A stretch of DNA of 56,868 bases from Chloroflexota bacterium. Its GTDB lineage: Bacteria > Chloroflexota > Dehalococcoidia > SM23-28-2 > RBG-16-64-32. Of the stretch, positions 53,286 to 56,868 are shown piece after piece. The position numbers and the translations under genes are program-made. Location: NCBI GenBank assembly GCA_005882715.1, contig VBEI01000094.1, positions 1 through 56,868 on the forward strand, read 5' to 3'. Positions within the stretch are counted from its first letter, which is position 1; each line of letters starts with the position of its first letter. Below the pieces are notes generated by a model, which saw nothing but the letters and a program-made list of their open reading frames with translations, made no database searches and was not told where the DNA came from.

Positions 53286-54619
53286 TCAAGGGCGCCCAGA
53301 AGGCGCGGTCGACCATACTCCACCGAGCGCCGCTCGATGATCGTGAGCTCCCGCCCGCGGTTCAAGATCTGATCCGCCGCGTCTTCGGCGCCGAGCTCGG
53401 CCCGGCCCAGGTCGTCGATCGCATCCTGTGCGACGTCCGCGAGAACGGCGACGCCGCTGTCCGGCGCTACAACGAAGAGATCGACGGCGTATCGTCGGAA
53501 GCCGCCAAGCTGCCCCTCGAGGTCTCGCCCGATGAGATCAGACGGGCGAAGTCCGAGGTCGACCAAGCGCTTGTTGCGGCGCTTACGGTTGCGGCTGAGA
53601 GAATCCGCGCCTTTCACGAACAGCAGCTGGCGCACTCGGTGAAGTCTTTTCAGATTGGCGGCGTCGGGCAGGTGGTCCGCCCGCTCGCGCGCGCCGGCTT
53701 CTACGTCCCGGGCACAGGCGCCATCTACCCCTCCACCGTCCTCATGTCAGTGATACCCGCCCGCGTCGCCGGCGTCTCCGAAGTCATCATGGCTACCCCT
53801 GTAGCCCCCAACGGCGTCGTCGCCGCGCTCAAGCTCGTCGCCGCCGAAATCGCCGGCGTCGACCGCATCTTTCGCGCCGGCGGAGTGCAGGGTACCGCCG
53901 CGATGGCGTACGGCACCGAGACCATCCCGCGAGTCGACAAAGTCTGCGGTCCCGGGAACATCTTTGTAACGCTCGCCAAGAAGAAGCTTTTCGGCGAAGT
54001 CGGCATCGACGGAATCTTCGGCCCCTCGGAGACTCTTGTAGTCGCCGACGCCCACGCCGATCCCGCCCTCGTCGCCGCCGACCTCCTCGCCGCCGCCGAG
54101 CACGACGAGCTCGCCACGGCCGTCCTGCTGGCCGACTCCGCCGAGCTCGCTGAAGCTGTCTCCGCAGCCGTCGAGGCCGGTCTATCAACACTCGACCGCG
54201 CCGCCGTCGCCCGCGAGAGCCTCGAGGCGAGAGGCGGAATTATCGTCGTCGATTCCATTGCCGAAGCCCTCTACCTCGCGAATGAATTCGCGCCCGAGCA
54301 CCTCTGCCTCCACGTGTCGATTGCCGCCCACGCGGTGCAACACGTTAGGAACGCCGGTTGCGTCTTCGTTGGAGAGCATTCGGTCGAGTCGATCGGCGAC
54401 TACACCGCCGGGCCCAGCCACGTTATGCCCACGGGCGGCAGCGCTGCCTACGCCTCGCCTCTGGGTGTACAGGACTTTTTGAAGGTGATGAGCGTCGTCC
54501 GCCTGGACCAGCAGACCGTCGACAAGATCGGTCCACCGGCTGCCGCCATCGCGCGGGCCGAGGGGCTGACCGCGCACGCCCTCGCCATCGAAAGCCGCCT
54601 CCGCCGGGAGCACTCGTGA
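53276..54619 (+). CDS. hisD: histidinol dehydrogenase
   Basis: 447 aa, GTG start. [31 protein letters not shown] and AEHDE. Confidence 0.95.
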   Translation: MRIIKGAQKARSTILHRAPLDDRELPPAVQDLIRRVFGAELGPAQVVDRILCDVRENGDAAVRRYNEEIDGVSSEAAKLPLEVSPDEIRRAKSEVDQALVAALTVAAERIRAFHEQQLAHSVKSFQIGGVGQVVRPLARAGFYVPGTGAIYPSTVLMSVIPARVAGVSEVIMATPVAPNGVVAALKLVAAEIAGVDRIFRAGGVQGTAAMAYGTETIPRVDKVCGPGNIFVTLAKKKLFGEVGIDGIFGPSETLVVADAHADPALVAADLLAAAEHDELATAVLLADSAELAEAVSAAVEAGLSTLDRAAVARESLEARGGIIVVDSIAEALYLANEFAPEHLCLHVSIAAHAVQHVRNAGCVFVGEHSVESIGDYTAGPSHVMPTGGSAAYASPLGVQDFLKVMSVVRLDQQTVDKIGPPAAAIARAEGLTAHALAIESRLRREHS

Positions 54620-55728
54620 TGGGTCCGAAGCGAAACGCGCTGCACCTCGTCAGAAGGCACTTGGCGGCGATGCCGGGATACAAGCCGATGGACTCGATCG
54701 ACGTCGTCGCCCGCGATCTAGGCGTTGCCGAAGAAGACATCGTCAAGCTTGACGGGAACGAGAACCAGTACGGGCCGTCGCCGAAGGTGGCTGAGGCGCT
54801 CGGCGGATTTGGCTTTTATCACCTCTACCCTGATCCCGAGCAACGTCGCGTGCGGGAGGCGGTCGCGGCGTATGTCGGTGCAGACGCGTCCCAGATCGTA
54901 ATGGGTAACGGCTCAGATGAGCTGCTGAGCATCGCCGCGATGCTGTTCCTCTCGCCGGGCGACACTATGGCGAACGCGCCGCCCACATTCGGCGTGTACA
55001 CATTCCTGGGGCACGTCTACGATGCCAATATCGTGCAGGTGGAGCGGAACGAGGATTTCGGGCTCGACCTGCCGGCGCTCGAGCGGGCGCTGGATGACGG
55101 AGCGAAGATGCTGTACATCGCTTCACCGAACAACCCGTCCGGAAACTGCTTTCCCCGCGATCAACTTGAGCGTCTTCTGGCACACAACGCGATGATCGTC
55201 GTGGACGAGGCCTACGCGGAATTCAGCGGCGAAAGCTTCGTGGACATGGTCACGGAGCACGATAACCTCATCGTGGCGCGCACGTTTAGTAAGTGGGCCG
55301 GACTGGCCGGCCTGCGCGCGGGATATGCGGTGTTTCCGGCCGCGCTCGCGGAGATCGTCTGGAACGTAAAAGTGCCGTTCAACCTCACAGTAGCCGCTGA
55401 GCAGGCGATCCTGGCGTCGCTCGAAGACCGCGAGTGGCTAAACGAGAACATCGCGCTGATCGTGGCCGAACGGGAACGCCTATTCTCGCGCCTGATGGGC
55501 CTGCCGTGGCTGCGTCCGTATCCGTCGCAGGCGAACTTCATTCTCTGTGAGGTGAGGGGCCCCGCCGCAAAGGACGTTTGTGACCGCCTGGCGGAGCAGG
55601 GCATCATGGTCCGTTATTTCGACTCCCCCGGCCTCCGCAACTGCATCCGCATTAGCGTCGGCAAGCCTGACCACTCTGACCGCGTTCTCGACGCGCTCAA
55701 GGGAATGGGAGCCGGCGTTGGGAAGTGA
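54619..55728 (+). CDS. hisC: histidinol-phosphate aminotransferase
   Basis: The ATG at 54619 overlaps the hisD TGA (TGATG); the upstream part of the track ORF lies inside hisD. Motifs: NENQYGPSP, PNNPSGN, and RTFSKWAGLAGLR (PLP Lys). Confidence 0.93.
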   Translation: MGPKRNALHLVRRHLAAMPGYKPMDSIDVVARDLGVAEEDIVKLDGNENQYGPSPKVAEALGGFGFYHLYPDPEQRRVREAVAAYVGADASQIVMGNGSDELLSIAAMLFLSPGDTMANAPPTFGVYTFLGHVYDANIVQVERNEDFGLDLPALERALDDGAKMLYIASPNNPSGNCFPRDQLERLLAHNAMIVVDEAYAEFSGESFVDMVTEHDNLIVARTFSKWAGLAGLRAGYAVFPAALAEIVWNVKVPFNLTVAAEQAILASLEDREWLNENIALIVAERERLFSRLMGLPWLRPYPSQANFILCEVRGPAAKDVCDRLAEQGIMVRYFDSPGLRNCIRISVGKPDHSDRVLDALKGMGAGVGK

Positions 55729-56314
55729 ACGTCGGGCCGACGTCGAGCGCCGCACGCGCGAGACGAGTGTCTCGCTTGCCCTCGACCTCGACGGCTCGGG
55801 CCGCTACGAGGTGTCGACCGCTATCGGCATGTTCGACCACATGCTCGAGCAGCTTGCTCGCCATGCGCTCTTCGACCTCCGTATCGCCGCGACCGGCGAT
55901 ATCGAGCGCGACCCGCACCACCTCATCGAGGACGTCGGGCTCGTGCTCGGTCAGGCGCTGAACGAGGCGCTCGGCGAGCGGCGCGGCATCTCGCGTTTCG
56001 GCCACGCGTTCGCTCCGATGGACGAAGCGCTGGCGCTTGTCGCGATCGACCTCGGCGGACGCCCCTACGCCGCGATCGACGTCACCTTCGATCGCGAGGA
56101 CATTGGGCAGCTACCGGTTGAGAACATCAAGCACTTCCTGGACGCGTTTGCTCAAGAGGGTCGCCTCAACCTGCACGCCCGCCTCCTCTCCGGCGAGAAC
56201 GATCACCACCGCGTCGAGGCGCTCTTCAAGGCCCTCGCCCGCGCCCTCCGCGCCGCCGTCACGATCGACGAGCGGAACGCGGACCAGGTGCCGAGCACCA
56301 AAGAAGTGCTGTAG
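55718..56314 (+). CDS. hisB: imidazoleglycerol-phosphate dehydratase (monofunctional)
   Basis: Probable TTG start at 55718, overlapping the hisC end. RRTRETSVSLALDLDGSG, GMFDHMLEQLARH and DPHHLIEDVG. There is no HAD phosphatase domain. Confidence 0.92.
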   Translation: MGSERRADVERRTRETSVSLALDLDGSGRYEVSTAIGMFDHMLEQLARHALFDLRIAATGDIERDPHHLIEDVGLVLGQALNEALGERRGISRFGHAFAPMDEALALVAIDLGGRPYAAIDVTFDREDIGQLPVENIKHFLDAFAQEGRLNLHARLLSGENDHHRVEALFKALARALRAAVTIDERNADQVPSTKEVL

Positions 56315-56346
56315 GCTGGTGCGGGTCGTTGTTGGTTGAAAACCCT

Positions 56347-56366
56347 CTGCAGGTTGAAACCCGCAG
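56347..56366. terminator. hairpin between convergent hisB and purS
   Basis: CTGCAGG-ttgaaa-CCCGCAG (one mismatch). The flanks are AT-rich on both strands. Confidence 0.3.
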
Positions 56367-56370
56367 CTAA

Positions 56371-56625
56371 TTAATCCGCCGCCGCTATCTCGAAACGGTA
56401 CTCCTCGATTATCGGGTTAGCGAGCAGTTTGTCGCACATCTCGTTGACCTGCTTCTCCGCCGCCTTCTTGTTTTTGGCGTCGAGGCGGAGCTCCATGTAC
56501 TTCCCCGCACGGACTGAGTCCACTTCAGCAAAGCCCAGCGAGTGCAGCGCTCCCTTGATGGTGACTCCCTGCGGATCGTTTACCGTGGGCTTCAGCGTCA
56601 CGTAGACGCGAGCGAGGAAGCCCAA
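56371..56625 (-). CDS. purS: phosphoribosylformylglycinamidine synthase subunit PurS
   Basis: 84 aa, TTG start. VYVTLKPTVNDPQGVTIKGALHSLGF...ANPIIEEYRFEI. Confidence 0.9.
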   Translation of the reverse strand: MGFLARVYVTLKPTVNDPQGVTIKGALHSLGFAEVDSVRAGKYMELRLDAKNKKAAEKQVNEMCDKLLANPIIEEYRFEIAAAD

Positions 56626-56628
56626 CGG

Positions 56629-56868
56629 TCAGGCGCTCGGGTAATTCGTGTCGGCTTTGATCTTGTCGATCTGCTGGATGTGGTCCATCGAGTGGATCCG
56701 ATGGAAAGCCAGCCACTCCTTCAGGTTCAGAGGCCCGAAGATCGGATGCGGGAAGGACGTCTCCAGCTTGTCGCTCTGTTCGAGGGATGCAGCCAGCTTC
56801 CGGTTCTCCGCGAACGTACCGACGATCCTTTCGCGCAGTTCACTGATCGGCAACGATTCTTCGTCGCC
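56629..56868 (-). CDS. DinB-family protein, C-terminal part (gene continues past the right edge)
   Basis: The frame is open to the window end. ...LKEWLAFHRIHSMDHIQQIDKI is typical of the DinB four-helix-bundle metal site. Confidence 0.65.
   Translation of the reverse strand, partial: GDEESLPISELRERIVGTFAENRKLAASLEQSDKLETSFPHPIFGPLNLKEWLAFHRIHSMDHIQQIDKIKADTNYPSA

Overview
High-GC bacterial chromosomal segment, gene-dense and almost entirely housekeeping. I cannot place the lineage securely: FtsA, RNase J, fused SecDF and HisZ together argue against Actinobacteria, and a Chloroflexota-like organism is only a guess. Left to right: an nrdR operon; a PIN gene with small accessory ORFs; a complete minus-strand dcw cell-wall/division cluster (mraZ-rsmH-ftsL-ftsI-murF-mraY-murD-ftsW-murG-murC-murB-ddl-ftsQ-ftsA-ftsZ) that lacks murE; mog-trmD-rplS; priA-def-cca; yajC-secDF; ftsK-rnj-udg-tatC-tatA; an HTH/PIN toxin-antitoxin pair; a fatty-acid block (yceD-rpmF-fabD-fabG-nusB-acpP); a DUF164 / serine-recombinase-like / RNase H operon followed by RNase P RNA and murE; birA; an SPFH/NfeD pair; a his operon (hisZ-hisG-x-hisD-hisC-hisB); purS; and a DinB-family fragment. 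I found no rRNA, tRNA, CRISPR array, IS element or recognisable defence island. The items most worth a second look are: (1) a large serine recombinase homologue with degenerate catalytic motifs, embedded in a housekeeping operon; (2) a 61-aa protein of seven heptapeptide repeats upstream of nrdR; (3) a duplicated secF 3' end next to about 0.8 kb of unassigned non-coding DNA; (4) a tandem-fused double HisG plus a metal-hydrolase-like gene inside the his operon; (5) a self-contained mini transcription unit between murE and birA; (6) tandem repeats in the ftsA-ftsZ spacer; and (7) two essential-looking genes (ddl, RNase H) with no canonical start codon but a CTGA stop/start overlap. All calls rest on reading the sequence and on remembered family motifs. 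No searches were run.
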